DNA from: Deltaproteobacteria bacterium
Lineage (GTDB): Bacteria > Desulfobacterota > Binatia > UBA12015
Direction: 5' to 3'
DNA: 64,000 bases
Assembly: GCA_046583355.1 (NCBI GenBank)
Contig: JAYGCM010000087.1
Location: 1 to 64,000, forward strand
The number at the start of each line of letters is the position of its first letter. The first letter of the stretch is position 1. A program made the translations under genes and the position numbers. Below are positions 9,429 through 19,276 of this stretch, one piece after another. A model generated the notes under the pieces. It was not told the DNA's origin, did no database searches, and saw only the letters and a list, made by a program, of their open reading frames with translations.

Positions 9429-10079
9429 ATGTCGCCCAAGATCACAGCCTCATCCCGTCCGGCCACGTCGGCCGTGAAAAAGCCGGCTCCTCGGCCGCGC
9501 TTCCTGCTCGACCGCAGCCTCACGGACTACGCTTACCGCTGTTGGCCCAACGGCTGTCCGCGCGGCTTTACCTGTTGCGTCGGGCTCACCATCGAGTTGT
9601 CGGCACGCGAGGTCCGCGCGATCGATACGGTGATGGACGAGGTCGCCGAGCGCATTCCCGCGCTGCGCGCCGCCGACGGAACCTACGAGAATGTTTTCGT
9701 GGATGATCCGCCCGAGCTGATCATCGAAGCGCATGAAGACGGCTCGTGTCCCTTTCTTTGCCGGACAAGCAAGAGTTCGCTTTGTTCGATCCACTCCATT
9801 GCCCTGGAGACGGGCCGGGAGATCAAGAGCGTGAAGCCGGGTGCGTGTCGGCATTGGCCGGTCATGCTCGAGCAGGCCGGCGGCTCGATTCGCGTTCGAT
9901 TACAGCCGGTAGCCGAGAAGATCGGATGCATCGTGCCACGCGCCGAGATGCCGCAAAACCCGACTGTGCTCGAGGCTTACCGCGAAGAGATCGAAGAGAT
10001 GTGCGGTGCTACGATTGTGCCGCAACTCACGCGGCGGCTGCGCGCGGTTGCGCGTGCGGATAGGCGGAGGAAGTCATGA
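9429..10079 (+). CDS. Cys-cluster protein (YkgJ/DUF3109-like, putative Zn/Fe-S binding)
   Basis: CWPNGC..TCC, CPFL, CSIH, KPGACRHWP pattern. Confidence 0.7.
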   Translation: MSPKITASSRPATSAVKKPAPRPRFLLDRSLTDYAYRCWPNGCPRGFTCCVGLTIELSAREVRAIDTVMDEVAERIPALRAADGTYENVFVDDPPELIIEAHEDGSCPFLCRTSKSSLCSIHSIALETGREIKSVKPGACRHWPVMLEQAGGSIRVRLQPVAEKIGCIVPRAEMPQNPTVLEAYREEIEEMCGATIVPQLTRRLRAVARADRRRKS

Positions 10080-10339
10080 AAAAATCCCAGATGCTCACGA
10101 TCGTCTCGCTGCTGGTGCTGGCCGGAATTCTGACCCTGCTCTCGCTCGAGATCAGCCAGGTCAAATGCGAGGTCTGCATGGATTTCAAGGGTCGTCTCAA
10201 CTGCGCGACAGCGGCTGCCCCGAGTCGCAGCGAGGCCGTCCAGAGCGGCCGCATGACGGCCTGCGGGCCTATCTCGGCTGGTGTCCGCGACTCTTTTGGC
10301 TGCAACGCGGCGCAGCCGGCCTCTGTGACCTGCAGCTGA
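10076..10339 (+). CDS. Small membrane-anchored Cys-rich protein
   Basis: N-terminal TM, then CEVC and four more Cys; ATGA-coupled to the upstream gene; GGAGGA SD. Confidence 0.7.
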   Translation: MKKSQMLTIVSLLVLAGILTLLSLEISQVKCEVCMDFKGRLNCATAAAPSRSEAVQSGRMTACGPISAGVRDSFGCNAAQPASVTCS

Positions 10340-10340
10340 A

Positions 10341-10419
10341 AGCCGGCGTCCGTCACCTGAGGCCGGCGTCCGGCACCTGAAGCCGGCGTTCGCTACCCAA
10401 GGCGGCGTCTGTCGCCTGT
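10341..10419 (+). repeat. Degenerate 20-bp tandem repeat (4 units)
   Basis: AGCCGGCGTCCGTCACCTGA / GGCCGGCGTCCGGCACCTGA / AGCCGGCGTTCGCTACCCAA / GGCGGCGTCTGTCGCCTGT. Confidence 0.75.
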
Positions 10420-10441
10420 AGATGAGGCCGCCGATGAAGCG

Positions 10442-11686
10442 TCAGATGGCCTGGCCGGCGGGTGCCTTCAGAGGGAGGTGCAGTTCGAATCGGCTGCCAC
10501 GGCCCGGCTCGCTATCGACCTGAATAGAGCCGCCCAGTTGGACGCTTAGCTCCTGCACGATGAAGAGTCCGAGGCCGACGCCGCCGCGGGCGCGCCCGAC
10601 ATCTCCTTGCGTATAAGCCTCAAAGAGCTTCGTGACTTCCTCGGCGGCCATGCCCACACCGCTGTCTTCGACTTCGACCACGACTCCCGTATCTTCGCCC
10701 GACGCGGTGACGCGCACCCAGCCTGCGTCGGTGAACTTCAAAGCGTTGCTCAGCAGGTTGCGCAGAATGATGGTCAGTTTCGAGATATCGGTCTCAATCA
10801 CCGGCAGGTCACTCACGACCTCAAGCGAGATGCGTGCTTCGCCCTGGTCGCGTAGCCGCTCGGCCTCGTGGATGAGTTCGGAGAGCAATCCGCCCAGGGC
10901 CACCGGCTCGACCGCCAAGGCGCCGGCTTCGCTCTCCAAACGGCTCAGGCTGAGGGTATTGGTGATCAGGTTATGCAGCTCATGCGCGCGCCTTTCGATG
11001 CGCGCCAGCGGGTCGTTATGGGCTTCGGGAAGCTCGCCGAAGGCGCCTTCGCGCAGAAGCCCCGTATAGCCCAGAATCACATGCAGGGGGGTGCGCAATT
11101 CGTGTGACATGGTCGCGAGGAAGTCGCCGCGCATGCGGTCGGCATGGCCCAGTCGGTCGACGATGAGTTCGGAGAGGCGGTCGAGGAAAGGCACCTGCGC
11201 CAGGGCGCGCGCAATATCGCCGGCGGCCAATACGGCTTGACTCTCGTCCTTGTCTTCGGGGACGACATCGATCACGACGATCGCTCCCTGAATCCAGCCA
11301 GCGTCGTCGCGAATCGGGCTGGCCCGAATATGTGCGTCAATGGTCCGGCCATCGGCGCAGCGGAGGGTGGCGCTGCGGCTGCGCGACTCACCATCAATCA
11401 AGCGCGCGAGTTCGCGCAGGCTGCAGTCGCGGTGTTTTGGCAAGAAAAGGGCGTCGGCGCAGCAGCGGTCTTTGAGTTCGATCTCGCGCCAGCCGAGCAA
11501 CTTCTCTGCGGCCTCGTTTATCAGGCAGAGCCGTCCTTCACGGTCGATCCCGAGCGCGGGCACCGGCAGAGCACGTAGCATCGCCTCGCTGGGTGGCGCC
11601 GTAGCGGTACGAATGCCTGTCTCGACCCCGGTTTGTGCAACTCCCTTCATTTGTCGTAGGCGGCTGCGCTCTTCCTGCGTCGGCAC
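10442..11686 (-). CDS. Soluble PAS-domain sensor histidine kinase
   Basis: PAS (NEAAEKLLGW), H-box MSHELRTPL, N-box NLLSNALKFT, DSGVGM, GVGLGL. Start uncertain; may be ATG 11650. Confidence 0.92.
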   Translation of the reverse strand: MPTQEERSRLRQMKGVAQTGVETGIRTATAPPSEAMLRALPVPALGIDREGRLCLINEAAEKLLGWREIELKDRCCADALFLPKHRDCSLRELARLIDGESRSRSATLRCADGRTIDAHIRASPIRDDAGWIQGAIVVIDVVPEDKDESQAVLAAGDIARALAQVPFLDRLSELIVDRLGHADRMRGDFLATMSHELRTPLHVILGYTGLLREGAFGELPEAHNDPLARIERRAHELHNLITNTLSLSRLESEAGALAVEPVALGGLLSELIHEAERLRDQGEARISLEVVSDLPVIETDISKLTIILRNLLSNALKFTDAGWVRVTASGEDTGVVVEVEDSGVGMAAEEVTKLFEAYTQGDVGRARGGVGLGLFIVQELSVQLGGSIQVDSEPGRGSRFELHLPLKAPAGQAI

Positions 11687-11735
11687 CCGGACTCAGATTA
11701 GCGATGTCGGCGTAGGTTCGAAAGCACTTTTTCTT

Positions 11736-11790
11736 TTTTCCTCAGTCTTTTCTCGGTATTTCCTCGGTGTTTTCCTAGTCCTTCCTTGAC
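11736..11790. repeat. Five phased 11-bp direct repeats in a divergent promoter region
   Basis: TTTTCCTCAGT, CTTTTCTCGGT, ATTTCCTCGGT, GTTTTCCTAGT, CCTTCCTTGAC. Confidence 0.6.
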
Positions 11791-11844
11791 TGATCGTCCT
11801 CGTCCCCACAGGATCAGAGTGTGGAATCTCTCCCGTTGCACTTG

Positions 11845-12570
11845 ATGAAGACCGTATTTCTGGATGTCGGCAATACGCTGGTCACGATCGACTTCGAACT
11901 GATCGCCGAGCGCCTGGCGACTCGCGGGTTCCAGGTGACGCCTGCTGCCCTGATCGCCGCCGAGGCAGCCGCGCGGCCCGGAATTTCGCGTCGCATCGCT
12001 GCTGGCGGCTCGACCGAGGGGGAGGATTCCTTCACTTTTTATATCCAGTCGATTTTCGCGCGGCTTGAAGACGCCGCCCTCGGCGGTGATGTCGCCACGG
12101 ATTTTGCGCGTTCGCTCAAGGCTGAGGTCGCCACGCCGCGGCTCTGGTCGCGCCGGATCCCCGGTGTGCGCGAGGCGCTCGGCGAACTCGCCTATCTCGG
12201 AATCCAACTTGTCGCGGTCAGCAATTCCGATGGCACGGCCGAGCAATCCCTGGTCCGCGCCGGCCTGCGCGAAAGCTTCGCGTTGGTCGCGGACTCGGCA
12301 TTGGTCGGGTGCGAGAAGCCGGATCCGGGGATCTTCGAATGGGCGCTTGCGCAATCGGGTGCCGCGCGTGAGACGACAGTGCATCTCGGAGATGTTTACG
12401 CGGCCGATATCGTGGGCGCCCGCGCCGCCGGAATCGCTGCGATCCTGGTCGATCCAACAGATGGTTTTGCCGGTGCCGATTGCGCACGTTGTCCCGATCT
12501 AGCGGCCTTCGCTCTTGCCCTGCGCTGCCAGCGTGTCGCCGCCGAAGCCGGGCTGCAAGGGCACGCATGA
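11845..12570 (+). CDS. HAD-IA family hydrolase
   Basis: FLDVGNTL (motif I), [27 protein letters not shown]. Confidence 0.9.
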   Translation: MKTVFLDVGNTLVTIDFELIAERLATRGFQVTPAALIAAEAAARPGISRRIAAGGSTEGEDSFTFYIQSIFARLEDAALGGDVATDFARSLKAEVATPRLWSRRIPGVREALGELAYLGIQLVAVSNSDGTAEQSLVRAGLRESFALVADSALVGCEKPDPGIFEWALAQSGAARETTVHLGDVYAADIVGARAAGIAAILVDPTDGFAGADCARCPDLAAFALALRCQRVAAEAGLQGHA

Positions 12571-12844
12571 GGCGCGGCACGGCCGGTCGCACGCTTGTAA
12601 ATCAAGTCGCCAACGCAGACACGGTCACGCCGGATGCGGCAGGAGGCTTGCTGCTGGTGCGTCTTCGTCTCGCGGCGCTATGCTCCGCCAGGTCGATGGC
12701 TCCGACCACCGTCGCTATCCCGGTACGGGCGTGGGGCTCTATATCGTCCGTCGCCTGGTCGAGCAGCTCGGCGGCCGTCTCGACCTGCAAAGCGCTCCGG
12801 GTGTTGGCTCGACCTTCCGCGTCTACGTGCCGCTGAGCCGCTAG
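12567..12844 (+). pseudogene. Degraded histidine kinase HATPase_c fragment
   Basis: One frame gives the N-box-like [15 protein letters not shown]. Another frame (from 12680) gives [44 protein letters not shown]. There is no G1 box or H-box. Confidence 0.65.
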
Positions 12845-12865
12845 CCATGCGGCCTTAACGTTGGG

Positions 12866-13198
12866 CTATTGCACCAGGTCGGTGGTCTCGAAGTAGACGA
12901 TATTGAACTCTTCGCACTCGAGGCAGAGCAGGCGGGCGAAGCGGTAGCGCCGGCCGGCTTCGTCGCGGCTGCCTTCGCCGCGCAACTCCTGGATCCCGCC
13001 ACAAACACAGAAGCGCCCGTGTAGGTGTTCATCCATTTCGGTGAAGGTGCGGATATAGATCGCGTTTTCGATCGTCGCGCCCGGGCGGGCAAGCGCTGTT
13101 TCAACGGCTTTGACGGCCTGCTCTTTGGTTCTCTTTTTTTTGAGCGCCATGGCGGCGATGGCAGCGACGATGGCTGCGACAAAAAGAAGGCTGGTCAT
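12866..13198 (-). CDS. Membrane-anchored hypothetical protein with a Zn-ribbon-like CxC...CxxC
   Basis: N-terminal TM followed by KKKRTK; RFCVCGG...LCLECEE. Confidence 0.7.
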   Translation of the reverse strand: MTSLLFVAAIVAAIAAMALKKKRTKEQAVKAVETALARPGATIENAIYIRTFTEMDEHLHGRFCVCGGIQELRGEGSRDEAGRRYRFARLLCLECEEFNIVYFETTDLVQ

Positions 13199-13262
13199 TG
13201 CCTGCAGGATTAGCGATCGTTTGTGTGAGAGTCGAGGCGCCCAGGCGCGGCGGCCGAGGCGG

Positions 13263-14237
13263 TCAGACGCCGAGGCCCGCGCGAATGTTTTCGCCGGCGT
13301 AGAGTTTCTCGAGTTCGCCTGCGAGCTCGCTGAGCTTGTCACTTGTTTTGGGCAGCACGGCCGTCAGGTGAATATAGAGGTCGCCGCGCAGGGGCGCGTC
13401 TTGGGGGCTTTGCTTTTTGCCGCCGGACTTTTTCTTCGCGCCGAGCAGGGTCGCTCCCTTGGCGCCCAAGCGCAGCTTGCCGCCATTCTTCGAGCCGGCT
13501 GGAATTTTGAGGTGGACCGGGCCGTCGGGAGTTGGCGCGACCACATCGCCGCCGCGCACGAGCTCGGGGATCGTCACGGGAAGATCGATATGCAGATCCG
13601 CCCCTTCGCGGCGGAAGAAGCGATGCGAGCGGACATGCAGCTTGAGGTAGAGGTCGCCGGCGGGGCCACCGCTGGATCCGGCGCTTCCTTGGCCGGCGAG
13701 GCGGATGCGTGTGTCCTCCTCAGCACCGGCCGGAATGGTGACCTGTAGGGGGCCGCGGCCGTGTAGGTGAATGGTCACCTTGCCGCCGCGTACGGCGTCC
13801 AGGAAATCGACCGAGACCTTGCCCTCGGCATCCTGGCCGCGCACCGGCCCCTGGCGACCGAAGCCGAAGCCGCCGCCAGCGCCGCGCGAGAAGCGGCCGA
13901 GCAGGTCGTCGAGGTCGAAATCGCCGCCGAAATTCGCGTAGCGTCCACCTCCGGGCAAGGGCTCGCTGCCCCAGCGGTGCTGCGCCCGTGCCTGCTCGGC
14001 GTTGAAGTTGGGGTCGAGTCCGGTGACGCCGAACTCGTCATAAAGGCCGCGTTTTTTCTCGTCCGAGAGGACCTCATTGGCAAACGAGATCTCTTTGAAT
14101 TTGTCGGCCTTGGCCGGGTCGTCCTGGTTTACGTCGGGATGGTATTTCCGCGCGAGTTTTCGAAACGCTTTGCGGATCGAGTCGGAGTCGGCCTCCTCTT
14201 CGATACCGAGCGTCGCATAGAGATCTGCCTTCGCCAT
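13263..14237 (-). CDS. Class B J-domain chaperone (CbpA-like)
   Basis: J domain with YHPD, G/F-rich linker, DnaJ C-terminal domain (GDLYL...HRFFRREGADL); no Zn finger. Confidence 0.9.
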   Translation of the reverse strand: MAKADLYATLGIEEEADSDSIRKAFRKLARKYHPDVNQDDPAKADKFKEISFANEVLSDEKKRGLYDEFGVTGLDPNFNAEQARAQHRWGSEPLPGGGRYANFGGDFDLDDLLGRFSRGAGGGFGFGRQGPVRGQDAEGKVSVDFLDAVRGGKVTIHLHGRGPLQVTIPAGAEEDTRIRLAGQGSAGSSGGPAGDLYLKLHVRSHRFFRREGADLHIDLPVTIPELVRGGDVVAPTPDGPVHLKIPAGSKNGGKLRLGAKGATLLGAKKKSGGKKQSPQDAPLRGDLYIHLTAVLPKTSDKLSELAGELEKLYAGENIRAGLGV

Positions 14238-14312
14238 TGGCCTCATTCTAATCATGAATCTGCCAACGGCAATGGCGGCGCCGCGGGCGATTGGTGCCGC
14301 GCGGCCGGATTT

Positions 14313-16718
14313 CTACTCGGTCGGGTAGGGCGCTATGCGCGCGATCTGCTTGCGGAAGACCTCCAGGTCGGTGGTGGGCAGGTCACAGACCCGATTCTCG
14401 CAGACATAGGCTGTGGCGCGGCCCGAGCGCGCCGTCTTGCCGGCGACCAAGGGCACCCGTGCGGCCAGCGCGTCGGCGGCCGCTCCCTCTTGGGTAACGA
14501 CCACTACGGCGGCGGGCTGGAAGCTGCGGGCCAGTATCTCGCGGAAGGGTCGCGTGGCCTCGTCTTGATCGCTGCCGGCGGGGGCAACCAGAATGATTTC
14601 CTTGGTCGTATCGAGCAGGAAATCCAGACCGGCGAGCATCCGCGGCGACCCGCTGCCGCGCCGCGTGAGAGTGTCTTCGAACGCGGCGAAGCCACGCTCG
14701 GCCTGGCTGCGGTAAGTATCGTCCGTAGTCCAGGCGGCGAGGCGCAGCAGGTTCTGCAAGGCAACCGAATTCCCCGAAGGGCGCGCGCCATCATAGCTCG
14801 GCTTCTCGCGCGTGAGCAGTGTCTCGGCATCGCTGGCGGTGAAGAAATAGCCACCGTTCTGGTCGGCGAATTTCTCGTCCAGAGTCGCCTGGAGGCGGAT
14901 GGCGGCGTCGATCCAGCGCGGGTTACTGGTGGCCTCGAAGAGGTCGAGGAGGCCGGCAATCAGGTAGGCATAATCGTCGAGCACGGCGTCCTCGCGCGCC
15001 TGGCCGCCGCGCCAGGCACGGCGCAAACGGCCTTTGTCTTGCAGATTGGCAAGGAGGAAGTCGGCGGCTTTGGCCGCGCCTTGGGTCAATGCGTCGTCTT
15101 GCAGCAGGCGACCGCCGCGCGCGAAGGCGGAAATCATCAGGCCGTTCCAGCCGGTGAGGATCTTATCGTCGCGCAGCGGAGCGGGGCGCTGGGCGCGGAT
15201 ATCGTAGAGGGCTTGGCGGGCTACCTTGAGGTCTTCTTCGAGGGCAGCCTCGCTCAGGCCGCTCATGCGCGCGACATCGGCAAGCGGGCGGGCGGCAAAG
15301 AAAATATTGCGGCCCTCGAAATTGCCGGCGGCGCGTGTGCCGTAGCGCAACTGAATCAGACGCGCGGCGTCGGGCCCGACAATGGTTTCGATTTCCTCGG
15401 GCGTCCAGGTGAAATACCAGCCCTCTTCCTGGTGCTCGCGGCCCGGTACCTCGCTATCGGCATCGGTCGCGGAGTAGAAGGCGCCGTCGCCATGGGTCAT
15501 CTCGCGGCCGACGTATTCCAGAATCTCGCGCGCGACGGCCGCGTATTGCGGGTCGCCCGTGGCCTGCCAGGCCTCGAGATAGGCCCCTGCGATCAAGGCG
15601 TTGTCGTAAAGCATTTTTTCAAAATGCGGTACCAGCCAGCGCCGGTCGGTCGAGTAGCGATGGAAGCCGCCGCCGACATGGTCGCGGATGCCGCCGGCCG
15701 CCATATGGTCGAGCGTGCCGGTAGCCGCCTCCAGCGCGGCCTCGTCGCCGCTGCGGCGGTGGTAGCGCAGCAGGAAATCGATATTGGCTGTGCTGGGGAA
15801 TTTCGGCCGATTGCCGAAGCCGCCCCATTCCTCGTCGTAGCGGGAGAGGAGTTGGGCAGCGGCGCGGTGGATGGCGGCCGCCGTCGGCACGTCGCCCGGG
15901 GGCTGCGAGCGGGCCTGCTGCTGTAGCTTCTTGGTGATGCGTTGCGCTTCTTCGACGACCTCGGCGGGGTCGGTCTCATATTTGGTTGCGAGCTGGTCCA
16001 GAATTTCCAACAAGCCGGCGCGGTTGCCGCGGTCGCCTGCGCGGGCGGGGAAATAGGTCCCGCCGAAGAAGGGCTCGCCCTCGGGCGTCATCACGATGGT
16101 CATTGGCCAGCCCCCGCCACCGGTGAGCAGGCGCACCGCGTCCATGTAGACGCCATCGACGTCGGGGCGTTCTTCGCGGTCGACCTTGATCGGCACAAAG
16201 CGCGAATTCAGGACGGCGGCGATCTCCTCGTCCTCAAACGACTCGCCTTCCATGACGTGGCACCAATGGCAGGTGGAATAGCCCACCGAGAGAAAGACCG
16301 GCCGGCCCAGCCTGCGCGCGCGCGCAAAGGCCTCCTCGCCCCAAGGGTACCAGGAGACCGGGTTGTGGGCGTGTTGCAGGAGGTAGGGACTCGACTCGCG
16401 GATCAGCCGGTTGGTATAATGCGGGGCGCCGTCTTCGTGTTTGTGGTGCGTGCGCGGCTGGTAGTCCGCCGGTTGGCCGAGCAGCGCGCGGGTGAGGGAC
16501 GAATGTGTCGGTGCGTCGTAGGCCTCGGTGCCAGGCAGGGTCTGCGGCACGATCCAGGTGCGGCGGCTCGCCATCACGGCGGCTGCCAACGCGCCGGCCG
16601 CCTCGGACTCGTTTGTGCTTTGCGACTGCGCGCAGCCAGCCAGCCCCGCGGCCAGCAGGAAAACTCCCAATCCGAGGAAAATTCCCCGCACGGCTTTGCG
16701 ATCGTCTTCGGCGTTCAT
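14313..16718 (-). CDS. Thioredoxin-domain protein YyaL/SPATA20 (DUF255) family, with lipoprotein signal
   Basis: [58 protein letters not shown]; lipobox LAGC. Confidence 0.92.
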   Translation of the reverse strand: MNAEDDRKAVRGIFLGLGVFLLAAGLAGCAQSQSTNESEAAGALAAAVMASRRTWIVPQTLPGTEAYDAPTHSSLTRALLGQPADYQPRTHHKHEDGAPHYTNRLIRESSPYLLQHAHNPVSWYPWGEEAFARARRLGRPVFLSVGYSTCHWCHVMEGESFEDEEIAAVLNSRFVPIKVDREERPDVDGVYMDAVRLLTGGGGWPMTIVMTPEGEPFFGGTYFPARAGDRGNRAGLLEILDQLATKYETDPAEVVEEAQRITKKLQQQARSQPPGDVPTAAAIHRAAAQLLSRYDEEWGGFGNRPKFPSTANIDFLLRYHRRSGDEAALEAATGTLDHMAAGGIRDHVGGGFHRYSTDRRWLVPHFEKMLYDNALIAGAYLEAWQATGDPQYAAVAREILEYVGREMTHGDGAFYSATDADSEVPGREHQEEGWYFTWTPEEIETIVGPDAARLIQLRYGTRAAGNFEGRNIFFAARPLADVARMSGLSEAALEEDLKVARQALYDIRAQRPAPLRDDKILTGWNGLMISAFARGGRLLQDDALTQGAAKAADFLLANLQDKGRLRRAWRGGQAREDAVLDDYAYLIAGLLDLFEATSNPRWIDAAIRLQATLDEKFADQNGGYFFTASDAETLLTREKPSYDGARPSGNSVALQNLLRLAAWTTDDTYRSQAERGFAAFEDTLTRRGSGSPRMLAGLDFLLDTTKEIILVAPAGSDQDEATRPFREILARSFQPAAVVVVTQEGAAADALAARVPLVAGKTARSGRATAYVCENRVCDLPTTDLEVFRKQIARIAPYPTE

Positions 16719-16742
16719 CCTCTAGCTGTTATCAGTTCCGGC

Positions 16743-17957
16743 GTGAGCGGGAACCCCAACCTCCAATCCCGCGCCTTGCGGCGCAAACTGGCGTGGGTGG
16801 CCGGGTTCTATTTTGCCGAGGGGCTGCCCTTCGGCCTGATGATTGACAACCTGCCGGTGTATTTTCGCGTGCATGGGGTTTCGCTGGCTGAAATCGGCCT
16901 CCTCAGTCTGCTCGGCCTTCCCTGGACGCTCAAGGTGCTCTGGGCGCCGCTGGTCGACCGCATCGGCGAGCGCCGCCATTGGATCACAGCCGCGCTGGTG
17001 ACCATGGCCGTGGCCTTGTTGGTGCTGCCGGCCCTGGACCCGCGCGAACCGACGTGGATGCTCTGGGCATTGCTGCTGCTCTTCACCACGGCCTCGGCGA
17101 CGCAGGATATCGCCATCGACGCTTGGACGATCGGTGTGGTGGCGCCCGGCGAGGAAGGCCTCGCCAACGGCATCCGCGTCTCGGCCTACCGCGCGGCTTT
17201 GATCGTTGCCGGCGGCGGGTTGGTCATCGTGGCGGGGACGATGGGCTGGGTTTTCGTCTTCCACGGTGCCGCCGGGATTTTCCTGATGCTTGCCGTGGCC
17301 GCGTGGCGGAGTCCCCGAGTGGCTGCGCCGCGGCGGCCGGCGCCGGGCGAGCATTTCTTTGCACCCCTGCTCGCCTGGATTCGGCGTCCCGGTGCGCTGG
17401 CCGTGCTCTTCTTCGTTCTTCTCTACAAACTCGGTGACGCTGCGATGGGCCCGATGGTGAAGCCTTTCTGGCTCGACCGCGGTCTGAGCGTCGAGGAGAT
17501 CGGCCTGGTCTCGACCAGCTTTGGCGTCGCCGCAAGCGTGCTTGGCGCGCTGGTCGGTGGCTGGGTCACCTCGCGTTATGGCATTTTTCGTGCACTGATT
17601 TTCCTCGGTGCCCTGCAGGCGCTCTCGAACCTCGGCTATGCGACGGTCGCCTTTACCGATGCGGGCCGCTTGTCGATCTATGCCGCCTCTTTGCTCGAGA
17701 GCTTTACCGGCGGGCTCGGCACGGCGGCCTTTCTCGCCTTCCTGATGCATATTTGCGACCCCGAGCAGGCCGCCACGGAGTACGCGCTTCTCAGCGCGCT
17801 TTTCGGTCTCACCCGCACGCTGGCCGGTGCCGTGAGCGGCATCGCCGCTACGACGCTTGGTTATGGCGCTTTTTTCGCCATGACCTTCGTGTTGGCCTTT
17901 CCCGCCTACGCGCTATTGCCCCGCATTCGTACCTGGATTCACGATGGCCGGGACTGA
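16743..17957 (+). CDS. AmpG-like MFS permease (muropeptide/siderophore type)
   Basis: YFAEGLPFG, LPWTLKVLWAPLVD, SATQDIAIDAW, LYKLGDA, ATEYALLSAL. Confidence 0.88.
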   Translation: MSGNPNLQSRALRRKLAWVAGFYFAEGLPFGLMIDNLPVYFRVHGVSLAEIGLLSLLGLPWTLKVLWAPLVDRIGERRHWITAALVTMAVALLVLPALDPREPTWMLWALLLLFTTASATQDIAIDAWTIGVVAPGEEGLANGIRVSAYRAALIVAGGGLVIVAGTMGWVFVFHGAAGIFLMLAVAAWRSPRVAAPRRPAPGEHFFAPLLAWIRRPGALAVLFFVLLYKLGDAAMGPMVKPFWLDRGLSVEEIGLVSTSFGVAASVLGALVGGWVTSRYGIFRALIFLGALQALSNLGYATVAFTDAGRLSIYAASLLESFTGGLGTAAFLAFLMHICDPEQAATEYALLSALFGLTRTLAGAVSGIAATTLGYGAFFAMTFVLAFPAYALLPRIRTWIHDGRD

Positions 17958-18015
17958 TTTCTTCGGCCGCCACCTTTAGAGCTCGCGGCGGCAGCTGGAT
18001 TCTCGCAGTGGCCGT

Positions 18016-19227
18016 ATGATTAAGTCCTCTGCAATGGCGGCAACAACTTCGGCAGGGGGCAGGGGCTATCGCTTGCGCCCGCATTTCGCACCGGTCGATC
18101 CGTTGGCACCGCGCCGGCAGGATTATCTCGACAATCTCAAGGTGTGTCTGACGATTCTCGTCATCTGCCACCATTCGGCGATCGCTTTCGGCGCACCGGG
18201 GAACTGGTATTTCGTGATTCGGCCGCGCGTCGATTCGCTGGGCGAACTCGCCATGACGCTCTTTGTCGGGGTCAATCAAGCCTTTTTCATGACCCTCTTC
18301 TTCGCCATCTCGGCCTGGCTCACGCCGCGTTCCTACGACCGCAAAGGTGCCGCCGCATTCCTGCGCGACCGCTTGTTGCGCCTCGGCCTGCCGCTGGTCA
18401 TCTTCCTGATCTGGCTCAACCCCAGCCTCGAATGGATGGCCCATCGCCTCGATGGGGTAACCGATACATCCTACCAGTTTTTTCTATGGAATTACGGCGC
18501 CCGCTTCCTCGGTGCGGGCCCACTCTGGTTTGTCGAGAGCCTGCTGATTTTCGCGCTCCTCTACGCATTGATCCGCGCCCTGCGTACGGCGCCTTCGCCG
18601 CCGCAGCGACCGCGGCCCTTTCCCAGCCACCTCGCCATCTTCAGCTTCGTCTTCGGGATGGCCGTGGTGGCCTTCCTGGTCCGGCTGTTCGTTCCTGCCG
18701 GAGCGGTCATCTTCGGGCTGGGCTTGGGTGAGTTCCCGCTTTATATCGCCGGCTATATTCTCGGCGTGAAGGCATGGCGCTACGGCTGGTTCGAGATCAT
18801 CGACCGCGGTCGGGTACGCGTCTGGGGTGGCGCGGCGGCCGTCGCGATCGTCCTGGGGCCGTTGGCGATTCTCTTCGGTGCTGACCCCGAGGCTGGCCTG
18901 GCGCCCCTCTTCGGCGGCCTCACCTCGCTCTCCTTCCTCTATGCGCTCTGGCAGACGCTGCTTTGTGTCGGCATCAGCATGACCCTGATCTGGTTCTTTC
19001 GCGAGAATCTCATGGGCACCGGGCCGCTGCCGCATGGCATGGCGCAAAGTGCGTATGCGGCCTACATCATTCACCCGTTTTTCGTGATCGCCTTTACCGA
19101 GTTGGTCGTACAATTCCCGTCTACGCCGCTGGTACATTTCATGTTGCTCTGCCCGCTGGCGGTCATCGCGACTTTCGTCAGTGCCTTTTTCCTGCGCCGC
19201 CTGCCGCTGCTCCGCCAAATCCTCTAG
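18016..19227 (+). CDS. Acyltransferase family 3 membrane protein
   Basis: RQDYLDNLK...LVICHH, QAFFMTLFFAISAW, FLRDRLLRLGLP, GPLWFV, SAYAAYIIHP. Confidence 0.88.
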   Translation: MIKSSAMAATTSAGGRGYRLRPHFAPVDPLAPRRQDYLDNLKVCLTILVICHHSAIAFGAPGNWYFVIRPRVDSLGELAMTLFVGVNQAFFMTLFFAISAWLTPRSYDRKGAAAFLRDRLLRLGLPLVIFLIWLNPSLEWMAHRLDGVTDTSYQFFLWNYGARFLGAGPLWFVESLLIFALLYALIRALRTAPSPPQRPRPFPSHLAIFSFVFGMAVVAFLVRLFVPAGAVIFGLGLGEFPLYIAGYILGVKAWRYGWFEIIDRGRVRVWGGAAAVAIVLGPLAILFGADPEAGLAPLFGGLTSLSFLYALWQTLLCVGISMTLIWFFRENLMGTGPLPHGMAQSAYAAYIIHPFFVIAFTELVVQFPSTPLVHFMLLCPLAVIATFVSAFFLRRLPLLRQIL

Positions 19228-19276
19228 AGCTGCGGAGTTGCTTCCCTGGCCGGGATAATGCTGTTCTCGGTTGCAG

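Noticed and set aside
10341..10419. CRISPR array
   Set aside because: Units are contiguous 20-mers without unique spacers; no cas genes in the window.
13767..15926. 719-aa plus-strand ORF, and the long N-terminal extension of ORF 15942-17957
   Set aside because: Antisense to the cbpA-like and yyaL-like genes; only the part from 16743 looks like AmpG.
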